The notes under the pieces are model-generated. The model did no database searches. It worked only from the letters and a program-made list of their open reading frames with translations, and had not been told where the DNA came from. From a virus: 64,000 nt of DNA. Where the stretch lies: positions 40,882 through 104,881 of the IMG/VR virus record IMGVR_UViG_3300045120_000483, one strand, 5' to 3'. This document shows, in pieces, positions 1-9,358 of the stretch (positions within the stretch are counted from its first letter, which is position 1; every line of letters begins with the position of its first letter). Both the position numbers and the translations under genes were made by a program.

Positions 1-210
1 AGAATATCTCCCCTATGCCGTTCGAACAATTGATCATATCAACGGCCCCCTGATAGCCCGATTTCATTCAATGTCAGTAGCCGAAGATTTTGCGTTAGAG
101 AGGTCTAGGCGCTATCGAAATCACACATATTTTGTCATCGATACCAACTATAAAGACCCCCATATAACAACGATATTCCGAAATGGAGAAAGCATAACTT
201 AAAATAACAC

Positions 211-239
211 TTGACTTAAGATGCCGAATTTTGTATTCT
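211..239 (+). promoter_or_regulatory. sigma70-like early promoter
   Basis: TTGACT-N17-TATTCT upstream of ORF 279..614. Confidence 0.6.
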
Positions 240-278
240 CTCATTATCGGAAACGGGATGCAACGGAGGAACAAAATC

Positions 279-614
279 ATGGCAAATCATCTGGTTACCC
301 GCGACACGATGCAGACCCTGGTGAACAACCCGGCTCTTCGGGATCAGGTCATCGGGCGGGCCTTGGTTGTGATCTTCAAAAACCAGACTGCCTCAGAGCG
401 GATGGTCAATACCACTGAGGTAGACAACGGGGTGGGTTTCACCGGAGCGGACGCCAAGTCGGGCTCTATCACCGCCAAGTATTTCATCAAGCATGGAACT
501 TTGTTGGAGTGGCAGGTTGAAAGGTGGATGAAGCCCGGAAAGTCCGGCTTTGCGCGGATCACCAAATACTGGGCCCAATTGGATGAGGCCGCCAAGGCTA
601 AAGCGGCGGCTTAA
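279..614 (+). CDS. conserved phage hypothetical protein (early)
   Basis: GGAGG RBS before ATG 279; promoter upstream; hairpin AACCGGGT/ACCCGGTT downstream. Confidence 0.75.
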   Translation: MANHLVTRDTMQTLVNNPALRDQVIGRALVVIFKNQTASERMVNTTEVDNGVGFTGADAKSGSITAKYFIKHGTLLEWQVERWMKPGKSGFARITKYWAQLDEAAKAKAAA

Positions 615-627
615 AAAAGGAACCGGG

Positions 628-1128
628 TCAGGGAGAACTTACCCCCACCCGGTTCACTTCTGGCCCTAATATTGTAATCGAAACATTGATATCCTCTTCC
701 TGGATAGGCCAGATGTACTGTTGGAAAACATTACACCAGCGGGTCACTTTCGACCTGTAAATGGCCTGTCCAGGTTCGGCATCCTTCGGAATTGAAAACT
801 TAGTTTGAAAAGATTGTGGAGTGTGCTGCATCGCATAATGATAGGTCGTTGGAGCTTGTTCAAATTGTTGAACGATTGGCAGCATTCCAGGTTTATTCAC
901 ATTAGTAATTAAAAAGCGACGAACGATTCCATCACAATTACGATGTTCTGTGGCCAACCATTTGAAGGTTACTTCTGACCCGGGATAAATCTCCTTGGGA
1001 AAAATATCAACAGAATGAATTGTAATGGCGGGATGTCGATCCGCCAACATGAGAATAGGAGCGGCGATTACACTAATCGAAAATAATGCCGCCAAAATAT
1101 GACACATGATATAACGGGGAATCTTCAT
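628..1128 (-). CDS. membrane-anchored hypothetical protein
   Basis: N-terminal hydrophobic helix followed by a beta-rich domain with Cys pair; ATG 1128 coupled to upstream stop. Confidence 0.6.
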   Translation of the reverse strand: MKIPRYIMCHILAALFSISVIAAPILMLADRHPAITIHSVDIFPKEIYPGSEVTFKWLATEHRNCDGIVRRFLITNVNKPGMLPIVQQFEQAPTTYHYAMQHTPQSFQTKFSIPKDAEPGQAIYRSKVTRWCNVFQQYIWPIQEEDINVSITILGPEVNRVGVSSP

Positions 1129-1376
1129 TTTCCTACCCCCATAAAATGCTGAAGGGCCTCCCATGCTGCATAAAGAGCAACAGGAGCGCCAACAATCCAA
1201 CCAGCCCAGATTCTAACTGAGGCCCATAACCACTCCATTCTTGCATCCGACTCCATAATCTTTCGAAGCTGTTCAACCTCTTTATGGGTAAGTGGCCGGT
1301 GATCATCGGGGTCTCCCTCATATTTGTAGAATGGCCGATGAATTTCCGGATCGATACCCTTCTGTTCCTCAGTCAT
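1125..1376 (-). CDS. small protein with C-terminal TM helix (possible lysis accessory)
   Basis: WLWASVRIWAGWIVGAPVALYAAW helix; operon context. Confidence 0.55.
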   Translation of the reverse strand: MTEEQKGIDPEIHRPFYKYEGDPDDHRPLTHKEVEQLRKIMESDARMEWLWASVRIWAGWIVGAPVALYAAWEALQHFMGVGK

Positions 1377-1575
1377 CCTGCGCATCCCCCTTAACAAAGG
1401 AAATGCCATTTTGTTCCATAACTTTCTTTCTTTTTAAAAGAAAAGATGAAAACTTTCTACGCTTACCCAAAGCAGGATCATACATAGTCACCGGACCAGA
1501 TGTGGAGGAACTAGCCCCGGCACTACAAGTTGGGGCGTCTTCGTTGATTTCTTTAGATTCGTCTAAGTGCATCAA
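1369..1575 (-). CDS. small hypothetical protein (INE/DAPT motif, possible virion internal peptide)
   Basis: ORF in late operon; exact start uncertain. Confidence 0.45.
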   Translation of the reverse strand: MMHLDESKEINEDAPTCSAGASSSTSGPVTMYDPALGKRRKFSSFLLKRKKVMEQNGISFVKGDAQDD

Positions 1576-1945
1576 TGATCCCCTGATCCATCCCGATTTC
1601 GTCGGTCCTTATTATTCCCTCTTCCGAAACATTCCTAATAAGCTCCACCATGATCCCCAAATAGACTAAGAAGGGTTTCAGAAGAGACATATGCTGAACC
1701 ATTTTTAGGTAGAGAATTCTACATAATACCTCCGGAGAGAAGACATTATGTAGAACAATCAAATGGTTCAGTATCAGCCTATCTTTCAGTTCTCCTCTTT
1801 CTTGCCACCGGGTTAATAGTTTTTTAATGTACTTTATTCGGTTAACGTCTTCTAAAAATTCCTCCGTTGAGTGACACTGAGGATTGGAGTAGTTCTTGGC
1901 ACAGTATAAAAGAAAATTACGATCATTAAGGACTTCCATAATCAT
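1553..1945 (-). CDS. conserved T4-like phage hypothetical protein
   Basis: LNDRNFLLYCAKNYSNPQC...RLILNHLIVLHNVF motif typical of cyano-/alpha-T4-like phages. Confidence 0.8.
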   Translation of the reverse strand: MIMEVLNDRNFLLYCAKNYSNPQCHSTEEFLEDVNRIKYIKKLLTRWQERGELKDRLILNHLIVLHNVFSPEVLCRILYLKMVQHMSLLKPFLVYLGIMVELIRNVSEEGIIRTDEIGMDQGIIDALRRI

Positions 1946-2595
1946 GTAACTTTAATATGTAAAAGATCAACTCTATTAGAATATTCAGCTTTTGAGACTC
2001 TCAAAAAATTACCATTAAGGTCATGACAAGGTACTTTACCTTTGTATTTCAAACTATTTCCAGGTTTTAATTTTCCTTTATTACTATTACTAAGCTTAAT
2101 CCGAAGTTCATCAGGACAAGCTTTCCCTTTTAAGGCTTTCGAAAGGTTTAAACAATGTATAATCGACCTCTCTTTTCCTTTCAGTTTATTTGCATATTTG
2201 TTAACCCTTTCGTCTTTTTCTTTTGTCAATCCTTTATTCCAAGGAATTTTTCCTTTATTCACCACCCCTTTGCTTGAAGCACTAATTTTTCTTTTTGTAC
2301 TTTCATCACATTTTGCAAAATTTCCACCACCAGCTAATCGTGTTAAATTATAGTATTTTTTTCCAAGTTCATTCGGATGTATCAGATTAAGCCATTTTTG
2401 TTCAATCTCTCTTATAGTATCTTTTGTTTCAACGTATAATACTATCTTTCTCCTAAAGTCACTGGGTCTTCTTCTATATGAATTTAACATCCATTTTGAA
2501 CTACATACATAACCATCATTTTCCTCCCCCCAATGAGAACCTACATAATACATTCTTCGCTTCTTATCAAACCAAATATACACAAACCCGGACAT
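1942..2595 (-). mobile_element. GIY-YIG homing endonuclease (Seg-like) with NUMOD3-type repeats
   Basis: GFVYIW...YYVGSH N-terminus, YYNL, IPWNKG and basic NUMOD-like repeats; AT-rich. Confidence 0.85.
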
Positions 2596-2913
2596 TTAAA
2601 AATCACTTAATGCTACACGCTTAAGAACGTTATTTCCAGTAGCAAAATAAAGATAGGCATCACTGAATAACAAAGTCCCGGCCCCCACATTTAAAGCCGT
2701 GGAATTAGCCGGGTCTGAAATGGTGTTGGTAAAACCTAGATTGGCCGCTCTGATTTGAAGATTAGGGGTATTTGCCAGAAGATTGGCTAAGGTGATAATA
2801 GCCGTCTGAGCGGTAACAGAGTTGGCCGCATTATAGACAAAAAGGATTTTATCGGAAGTGTTTGCCGATGTCTTAACCGGCAACTCACTTGTTTTCTTGG
2901 TTGAGTCGGCCAC
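2596..2913 (-). CDS. putative virion structural protein
   Basis: Ala/Asn/Thr-rich; C-terminal YLYFATGNNVLKRVALSDF. Confidence 0.6.
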   Translation of the reverse strand: MADSTKKTSELPVKTSANTSDKILFVYNAANSVTAQTAIITLANLLANTPNLQIRAANLGFTNTISDPANSTALNVGAGTLLFSDAYLYFATGNNVLKRVALSDF

Positions 2914-2916
2914 GTA

Positions 2917-3771
2917 TTATGCCTCAGGCAAAATAGAATTTGCCGACGATGCGGTGTTGTTGCTCTGCAATGAAGACATTTCTACTAGGCATTCGTAATG
3001 AACTCTACCCGCACGTCCTCCCAGGACAGAGACGTTTGCAGCCCCGCCAGTGGACGCCTGAAGATTAGCTAGCAAAGTAGCCGATGAACCGTTGGAAGCA
3101 CCACCGTTGGCCGCCAGAACCGCAATAACAACATCCGTATTCGCTTTGGTATTTGCGAAAAGTCCGACGTTGGTCAGAGTAATATCGACATTACCAAAGC
3201 CCCCAATGGAGTTAGTCACCAAGGTGGCAGTGGCATTCACCGTTGCGTTACTTACTCTGATAGTATCGGTATTGTCATAACCCGAACCCCCAGTGACAGT
3301 CAGGTTCTTTAGAAGCTTCTCCCGCTGAAAAGCATAAACCAAACTGGAGTTGTTTGAAAAGATACCGGCCGCTCCGGTATTAACTGCCGCAGAGACAAGA
3401 TTTCCGGTTGCATTGGTTGTTAGAACCACCGTTGCATCAGAAGTGCCGCCACTAATCTTAAGAGTGCTACCATTCGCAAAAAGAGCGCCGTTGGCGACCA
3501 CTACCGTAACAATCGGGCCCTGACCTACCCGCCGAAGGTTCCAGCCCGGAGCGGTCACTTTTGACCCTTCTCCCGTAGTATTTGCCATTTTTGTCGGTGT
3601 TGCCGCCATCACCCCAATTGTCTGGGTATTAACAAAAGCATTAATGGTTGAATTAGCATACAATGCATCGTTATTGGCGCTTTGGTTTGTACGGCCCGAA
3701 CCCTTATTCAGGCTCATTGCGACGAACTTTGGGGCGTTATTAACTAAATCTACACCTTTATAAATTGGCAT
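2917..3771 (-). CDS. putative virion structural protein
   Basis: PGW and GRAGRVHYECLVEM motifs; GGSGY repeat; late promoter at 3800-3807. Confidence 0.7.
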   Translation of the reverse strand: MPIYKGVDLVNNAPKFVAMSLNKGSGRTNQSANNDALYANSTINAFVNTQTIGVMAATPTKMANTTGEGSKVTAPGWNLRRVGQGPIVTVVVANGALFANGSTLKISGGTSDATVVLTTNATGNLVSAAVNTGAAGIFSNNSSLVYAFQREKLLKNLTVTGGSGYDNTDTIRVSNATVNATATLVTNSIGGFGNVDITLTNVGLFANTKANTDVVIAVLAANGGASNGSSATLLANLQASTGGAANVSVLGGRAGRVHYECLVEMSSLQSNNTASSANSILPEA

Positions 3772-3776
3772 TTTTC

Positions 3777-5522
3777 TTAAACTCCTGATTTCTTTTGTGT
3801 ATTTATCATTTTGGATTCTACATTTAGGGTACTAGCCGACTTCCCCGTCTTATGGACATGGGCAATGGCATCATCCTGATTCTTAAAGACTTTGACCGGT
3901 CCCCCTCCGCCCGGAACGGCATGATACTTACCCTTCCGAAGATGAACATGACCAATCAGAAGACGACCCTTTCGGATACCTAGCTCATTGAGAGTTTCTT
4001 CCTTAGTCAGAAGGGGATGATGAAGACCATAGGTTCCATCGCGGCCTTTGGTAAGCTTTCCCCCTGATACCGGTTTGGGGCGGGCTCTTTTGACAATCGG
4101 CCCATGACCTTTCAACTTATCCCGGGCATCCTTATAGGTCTTGTACTGTTGGGCGTGATCTTTCATCTCCGCTTCAGCATCTCTTTTTTCCTTGGCGGCG
4201 TCCGCATAACGACCCAGATGATAGGCCCTCTGAGCCTGATTATGATGATAATCAGCAACTTTCTTTAGCTTATGATATTCATTTCCAGCCCTTCCGGTTG
4301 CCGCCCGGGCCTTATCACTAGCAGCTTCATACTTGTCTTCATGATGATTTTCGATATCACTTAATCGGCCCTTGCCGGTTAACTCCGAAAGGACATCCTC
4401 CTTCACATACTTCATTGCTTTTTCGTCCCATCTCTTACCCGGGAGTTTAGGCATAGCAAACGGGGGCTTGTCTTCTTTCTTATCATCTAACCGTTGGTTT
4501 TTGAAAGCATTATGAGCGGGCGTTACCTTCAGAAATAATCTCCGACCTTCTTCTAGCTCTTCCTTATTCAACCTCATGACATTCTGAGAATTCTGCTTCT
4601 GATGAGCCATCAACTTCATCAGTTTCTTACTGATAACCGGAGGCTTCTTTGGGGTGATCCAGGAAGGCTTCTTCAGAAGACTTTCATCCACTGCTTCATC
4701 AAAATATCTTTTCTCCAGGTACTTCTTAATCACCGGTAGATGTTCCTTTAGTTTTTTAACTTCATGGTCGGGTGCTTTGTGAATATAATTGGCAAGATGT
4801 TTTTGAGCAAAAGTATGGTGTAAGGATGCAGCTTCCAAAGCCGCCTTATGCTCTGACTCCTTTTTCTGACGGGCCCTATCACTCATTTTTTTAGTATTAA
4901 GTTCATGGTGAATATACTTGGCAAGACCATGCATCTCTTCGGATTGGGTGTTATGTTTCTCAAATTCTTTGACATGTTCATCGGACGTATAGCTACCCAT
5001 CTTCTTGGAGTTTAGAGCGGACTCCGAAAGCCGGTAGTGTTCCATGACCCGCTCAACGACGGTTTTCTTTTTGTCAAGAAGGACTTCCGAATCCTTTGCG
5101 GTCGGGTCAAGGATCACCGGGGTCTTACCTCCCAACTTAACCTTATCATCCTTTTTGGCTTCTTCTTCTTTCATCGTATTCTTTGTCATCTTTCGTAAGG
5201 CTAAGTTCATGGAATTCTTTCGTTTATTTAGCTTTTGGGCGGCATATTCCGGGTTGTCCTTCAGGTTCTTATTCCGCAGACCGGCATGAACGATATAGGG
5301 ACCCAACCGCTGATTTGACATTTCATTGATATTTTCGGCTGTTTTATGAGTTTTCACCAACCATTCAACGGCATCTTTTTTGGATGGATGATCCCTTTTT
5401 AAATTCCAATGAATAGACCGGGCATCCCAACCTTTTTTTCTAGGTTCAAAAATATTTCCTATATGCTTTCCATTGTATCTGACATTATGGACCGACCCGT
5501 CTTGTACTATCTTTACACTCAT
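3777..5522 (-). CDS. putative internal head protein / polyprotein
   Basis: Lys/His/Glu-rich with repeated (I/L)xE sites (INE, LSE, LEE, LNE) typical of prohead-protease substrates. Confidence 0.6.
   Translation of the reverse strand: MSVKIVQDGSVHNVRYNGKHIGNIFEPRKKGWDARSIHWNLKRDHPSKKDAVEWLVKTHKTAENINEMSNQRLGPYIVHAGLRNKNLKDNPEYAAQKLNKRKNSMNLALRKMTKNTMKEEEAKKDDKVKLGGKTPVILDPTAKDSEVLLDKKKTVVERVMEHYRLSESALNSKKMGSYTSDEHVKEFEKHNTQSEEMHGLAKYIHHELNTKKMSDRARQKKESEHKAALEAASLHHTFAQKHLANYIHKAPDHEVKKLKEHLPVIKKYLEKRYFDEAVDESLLKKPSWITPKKPPVISKKLMKLMAHQKQNSQNVMRLNKEELEEGRRLFLKVTPAHNAFKNQRLDDKKEDKPPFAMPKLPGKRWDEKAMKYVKEDVLSELTGKGRLSDIENHHEDKYEAASDKARAATGRAGNEYHKLKKVADYHHNQAQRAYHLGRYADAAKEKRDAEAEMKDHAQQYKTYKDARDKLKGHGPIVKRARPKPVSGGKLTKGRDGTYGLHHPLLTKEETLNELGIRKGRLLIGHVHLRKGKYHAVPGGGGPVKVFKNQDDAIAHVHKTGKSASTLNVESKMINTQKKSGV
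3800..3807 (-). promoter_or_regulatory. T4-type late promoter GATAAATA
   Basis: variant of TATAAATA upstream of a structural gene. Confidence 0.6.
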
Positions 5523-6058
5523 TGTTTCTTAATCAACTTTCGTATTGTTTTCAAGGTCTTAGAGCCTTGTCCGGGGGTGTCGTTTCGGTAATTCTTTAGA
5601 AGTTCGGGACTACCGGTCATGCGACGGGAGGACATCATTTCCATCTCTGTTAAGTCCCGATCAATATCCGCCCCGGCCAAAAAGCTATTGACCCGGTTGA
5701 ATGCCACATTTTCAGGTGTTAAATGGGAGGGACAATCTTGATTCAGACCCCTATTATAAACTTCCATAATGATTTCAAGAGGATAACCATGCTTATCCGC
5801 CTTGGCTTTTAGATTATCCAGGGCTTCCCGACGCATGTTATCCGCAAGCAAATCAACCCGCAGTCGCGAATACAACTGAGGGTCCTTCAGGACATATTTT
5901 ACAAGAGTTTCAAGGACCTCCGCCGCAAGGTCCCGGGTATAGGAATTGTTAAAAGATGAGCGGGGGTTGGTCAGAACTTGCCGATAATAGGCAATTCGGG
6001 AAATATTTTTTGCAAGTCCAGCCTGAAGTAATGCCGTTATTTTACCGTCTTGTGCCAT
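5519..6058 (-). CDS. conserved T4-like hypothetical late protein
   Basis: LKAKADKHG...EVYNRG...AFNRVNSFL and YRNDTPGQ motifs; late promoter at 6103-6110. Confidence 0.7.
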   Translation of the reverse strand: MAQDGKITALLQAGLAKNISRIAYYRQVLTNPRSSFNNSYTRDLAAEVLETLVKYVLKDPQLYSRLRVDLLADNMRREALDNLKAKADKHGYPLEIIMEVYNRGLNQDCPSHLTPENVAFNRVNSFLAGADIDRDLTEMEMMSSRRMTGSPELLKNYRNDTPGQGSKTLKTIRKLIKKQ

Positions 6059-6102
6059 CTCTAGGGTTGCCGTAGCCTTATCTAGGGGGTCAAATTTCCT
6101 AT

Positions 6103-6110
6103 TATTTATG
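6103..6110 (-). promoter_or_regulatory. T4-type late promoter CATAAATA
   Basis: consensus-like motif upstream of 6058. Confidence 0.65.
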
Positions 6111-6127
6111 AAATCTAGCCTTTTCAG

Positions 6128-6223
6128 CTAGATACCATGGATAACTAAGAAAATTACGACAACCCAAAGAGCTACTATTGCTAGTTGCAAAGCCCACTGA
6201 GGATCATTTGGACGTGTACTCAT
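6128..6223 (-). CDS. 31-aa membrane peptide
   Basis: MSTRPNDPQWALQLAIVALWVVVIFLVIHGI; CATAAATA and AGGG RBS upstream; below ORF-track cutoff. Confidence 0.45.
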   Translation of the reverse strand: MSTRPNDPQWALQLAIVALWVVVIFLVIHGI

Positions 6224-6264
6224 TTCACCCTATCCCTTTTTTAATTATTTATGGCATTTTGCTA

Positions 6265-6293
6265 TTGACAGGGAAATGGCATTTCTGTATAGT
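6265..6293 (+). promoter_or_regulatory. sigma70-like early promoter
   Basis: TTGACA-N17-TATAGT. Confidence 0.75.
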
Positions 6294-6322
6294 CGGGAAA
6301 TCGGAAACAGGAGGAACACCCC

Positions 6323-6598
6323 ATGGCTCTCAAGGTACCGACCATTCACCTCAATGGCACTTCCAAGAAAGACCTGTTGGATGGCTATAAGGCGGCCTAT
6401 CTGGCAGTCGGGGAAGCCCTTGATAAGCTTCAACAAACGGTCCCGCATGGTCGGGATTACTACGTCCAGGGTTCAGCAAGTTCTATCCAAGAGGCAATTG
6501 CTGAACATGTGGTCCGTTGGACCAAGCTGGATGATGTTCGGAAGGAGTTACTGGAGATCGCCATCGCCATTCAAGACCAGGGAAAGGACCGGTCATGA
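6323..6598 (+). CDS. hypothetical protein (early)
   Basis: AGGAGG RBS; PTIHLNGTS...PHGRDYY motif. Confidence 0.75.
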   Translation: MALKVPTIHLNGTSKKDLLDGYKAAYLAVGEALDKLQQTVPHGRDYYVQGSASSIQEAIAEHVVRWTKLDDVRKELLEIAIAIQDQGKDRS

Positions 6599-6861
6599 AC
6601 AAGTTCCCGATGAAGCTCAAGGTCACAGAACTGAAGCTGGGAGATGTTGTTGCCCTGGAATTCAATGGGGGGCCCTGGAACCATGCCATCGTGAGAAACA
6701 TAACCAAAACTGATGTGGTCCTTTGGCGGCCCTACGGGACTACCACCAATTTCTCCTATACGGGAGGGGTCATCTGCCTTATCGGGGTGGAGGATAATAT
6801 CGACTATTCTCTGACAACTGACCAAATCTTTGAAGTTGTCCAGCGGACGGAGTTGAAATAA
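6595..6861 (+). CDS. hypothetical protein
   Basis: ATGA-coupled to upstream ORF. Confidence 0.65.
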   Translation: MNKFPMKLKVTELKLGDVVALEFNGGPWNHAIVRNITKTDVVLWRPYGTTTNFSYTGGVICLIGVEDNIDYSLTTDQIFEVVQRTELK

Positions 6862-7127
6862 TGATCGTGATTCTCAATAAAGAAAATTTATTGAAAGAAC
6901 TACAAAAGCCCTATCGGGTCTTCGTAGAGGTCAAGAATGTGTGGATGGAAAGTAGATTTACTGGGTTAGGGGCGAAATATCCGCTAGGGTTTCAGGTTCC
7001 GAAAGGAGCAACAATTGAGCTAATTAAAACACACGTCCTTGACGATGCTCTATTCCGGGTCTGCATCGAAAATAATATCTATGTTCGCGTACCCAAAGAT
7101 ACCCTTACGTTCCTGGGACACATCTAG
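6861..7127 (+). CDS. hypothetical protein
   Basis: coupled to upstream ORF. Confidence 0.55.
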   Translation: MIVILNKENLLKELQKPYRVFVEVKNVWMESRFTGLGAKYPLGFQVPKGATIELIKTHVLDDALFRVCIENNIYVRVPKDTLTFLGHI

Positions 7128-7326
7128 ACACCCGCTTCCGAAATTCAAAAATGGAGTTCCGGAGGGCCCGGAAGGCATCATTAAGACTGTCCCGGTCCCC
7201 ATCATCAAGGTCCAGGACCTCTTCGTGAGTCCGCAGGACAGTATCAAAAACCTTCATCAGGTGTTCGGCATCAATTGCCAGATATTCAGCAAATTCAAGG
7301 GCATAGTCTTTGTTGTCTCTTGACAT
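7105..7326 (-). CDS. hypothetical protein
   Basis: ORF in - strand operon. Confidence 0.5.
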   Translation of the reverse strand: MSRDNKDYALEFAEYLAIDAEHLMKVFDTVLRTHEEVLDLDDGDRDSLNDAFRALRNSIFEFRKRVSRCVPGT

Positions 7327-7513
7327 AATTTAATTTTTTCCTAATCTCTTTTCGGTCAATTTCCCAGGAGGAAACAGCCTCTTCAACCTCTGAATTATCG
7401 GGGTACTTTTCTCTCAGGTCTATGATTGCTTCATCAATCTCTCTAAGAGTTTGTTCGGCCCGGACAATCCGTTGTTTCCGGGTCAGGACATAATCATCAA
7501 GACAGACCACCAT
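7295..7513 (-). CDS. hypothetical protein
   Basis: abuts upstream gene. Confidence 0.5.
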   Translation of the reverse strand: MVVCLDDYVLTRKQRIVRAEQTLREIDEAIIDLREKYPDNSEVEEAVSSWEIDRKEIRKKLNYVKRQQRLCP

Positions 7514-9349
7514 TTACTTCTTTCCTTTGGCCTGTTTCAGAGCAGTTCGCATTGTGACAAACATCCTCTTGGCCTTATTGTCATCTAGGTTAGCCGGGGC
7601 ATTCTTTCGGAAAGCTGGGAAGTCATTAGCCGCTACGGCCCGACGCTGTTTACTGGCGGACACTCCCCCAATTTCCTTGCTAGCCGGGTCTCTGTCCCCT
7701 CCGGAGACAATATTAATCTTTGAAAAATGGAACAATTTACCGGGCTCCGGTCCATTATATTTCGCCACAAGCTTCTTATAGTCCGCAACCCGGTCGGAAC
7801 CCGCCATAATCGTCAAATGTTTAACCCCCGAATGATGCATATGCTTCAACTGGGCGACAAGAGTGGCTTTATCGGGACCTGCGACCGCAACATCAGCCTT
7901 CGGAAACATACTTTTAAGCCATTTCAGTTTATCGGCCGGGGACAAGGGGTTTTTCTTATCTCCCTGAGAGCCTGAGGCGACCACTGATAACTTTCCGCCG
8001 GTTTTGGTAGCTATCCTACCCCCCTGATCAATTAATTGCCTGTGGCCCTCTGTGGGCGGATTAAAACGGCCCCAAACCAGGACGGTCGGGTTATCGGATG
8101 GATTGACCTTCGCATTCCAGTCAAAATTAGCCGCAGAGAAATGATTTCGATCCACCAGCTTGACGGGCTCATGATTTAGAGAAGCAACAAACCCCTCTGG
8201 TTTTGACTTGTTTCCTAGGATAGTCTCATCGTAAGGAGACTTGTGAGATAAAGTATCCACAAGCACGTTTTTAGCATTTTGAAGGTGTTTATGAGCCATA
8301 AACAGAGATTTGAAAGTATCTTCATTCCCCAAAACATTCTTAATCTCCGTATTCAAGTTAGATTTCAAGTTAGATTTACCTGAATCGGTCTTCAGGTCCT
8401 CCATTTTACTATTCATTTGCTTTCGAAGGAAGCTGATATAGCCTGAAACTGTATTTTCTTTCCGATTCTTTACCGCATCATTGATATAGGCCAGAAGGGT
8501 CTTTTCATGGTTCCGAACCGGCTCATGATCCGGAATTTTAGAAAAGACCTTTCGGGCCTTGGTCAGAGCATCACTGAACTTCTTCTGATCCCCGGGCGGA
8601 TAGTAAAAATTCCCCCCCACCTTGGTATTGAACAAATGGACATCTGGAGAATCCTTAAAAGCCCCATGATCAAATTTATATTTGGCTTTTAGAGTTCCAT
8701 CCATTTCGGGTTCATAAGTGGTATGGGGGGCAATCCCGATCTTCGAATCAGCTATTTTCCTGCCCTCCGCTGAGCCCTTCGGAACATGATAGGAAAGGGT
8801 ATTGGGAGAGAATGAATAATGGGAATTGTTAGCAACACCAACATCCTCCGCCGTGTACATCAGATCACCCTGATAAACGCCTTCCTTGGGGGTTATCCCC
8901 TTCAGGTGCTTCAGAGCATTCTTGAGCTTCTTAACCAGACCCGGGCTCTTTCCATGATTGGCCTCAATATCCTTATCCGAAAAGTTGATTTTTGGGCTCT
9001 TGTTGAAAAAAGCCTTGGTGCCTACAAAGAACTTTTTAGTTTCGGGGTGATGTCCCCAGACCAAAGAAGGGCTTCCGTCCATCTTTGTCGTCAAATTAAA
9101 CTTATCGTTCTTCTTGCCGGTCAGAAAATTATGAGTATGGGTCAGAAATTCTGAAGCCTTACTCAGACCATCGGGGTGACGGATTAGCAGGTCTTCAGCA
9201 TGATCTAAGTGCTGGTTTTTGGAAGATTTCTTCTCTTCCCTGGCTCCTTCGGTGAGAAGTTCGGCATCCTCAAAGATAGCCGAAAAATCCGGATCGACTA
9301 GAACGCCCTCCGGGAATAAATGGGTGATTTCATGTAATAATTTCATCAA
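7514..9349 (-). CDS. DUF6267-like ligase-fold domain fused to HIGH-type cytidyltransferase
   Basis: N-domain HLDHAED, TTKMDGSP, QGDLMY, EGFV, VKLVDR; C-domain GRFNPPTEGH, KNPL, GSDRV, SASKQR. Confidence 0.8.
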   Translation of the reverse strand: MMKLLHEITHLFPEGVLVDPDFSAIFEDAELLTEGAREEKKSSKNQHLDHAEDLLIRHPDGLSKASEFLTHTHNFLTGKKNDKFNLTTKMDGSPSLVWGHHPETKKFFVGTKAFFNKSPKINFSDKDIEANHGKSPGLVKKLKNALKHLKGITPKEGVYQGDLMYTAEDVGVANNSHYSFSPNTLSYHVPKGSAEGRKIADSKIGIAPHTTYEPEMDGTLKAKYKFDHGAFKDSPDVHLFNTKVGGNFYYPPGDQKKFSDALTKARKVFSKIPDHEPVRNHEKTLLAYINDAVKNRKENTVSGYISFLRKQMNSKMEDLKTDSGKSNLKSNLNTEIKNVLGNEDTFKSLFMAHKHLQNAKNVLVDTLSHKSPYDETILGNKSKPEGFVASLNHEPVKLVDRNHFSAANFDWNAKVNPSDNPTVLVWGRFNPPTEGHRQLIDQGGRIATKTGGKLSVVASGSQGDKKNPLSPADKLKWLKSMFPKADVAVAGPDKATLVAQLKHMHHSGVKHLTIMAGSDRVADYKKLVAKYNGPEPGKLFHFSKINIVSGGDRDPASKEIGGVSASKQRRAVAANDFPAFRKNAPANLDDNKAKRMFVTMRTALKQAKGKK

Positions 9350-9350
9350 A

Positions 9351-9358
9351 TATTTATC
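9351..9358 (-). promoter_or_regulatory. T4-type late promoter GATAAATA
   Basis: immediately upstream of 9349. Confidence 0.6.

Noticed and set aside
6060-6090. Riboswitch in the leader of the 6058 gene (CTAG..GG-CTACGGCAA-CC-CTAG)
   Set aside because: A short hairpin only; I cannot match it to a known class
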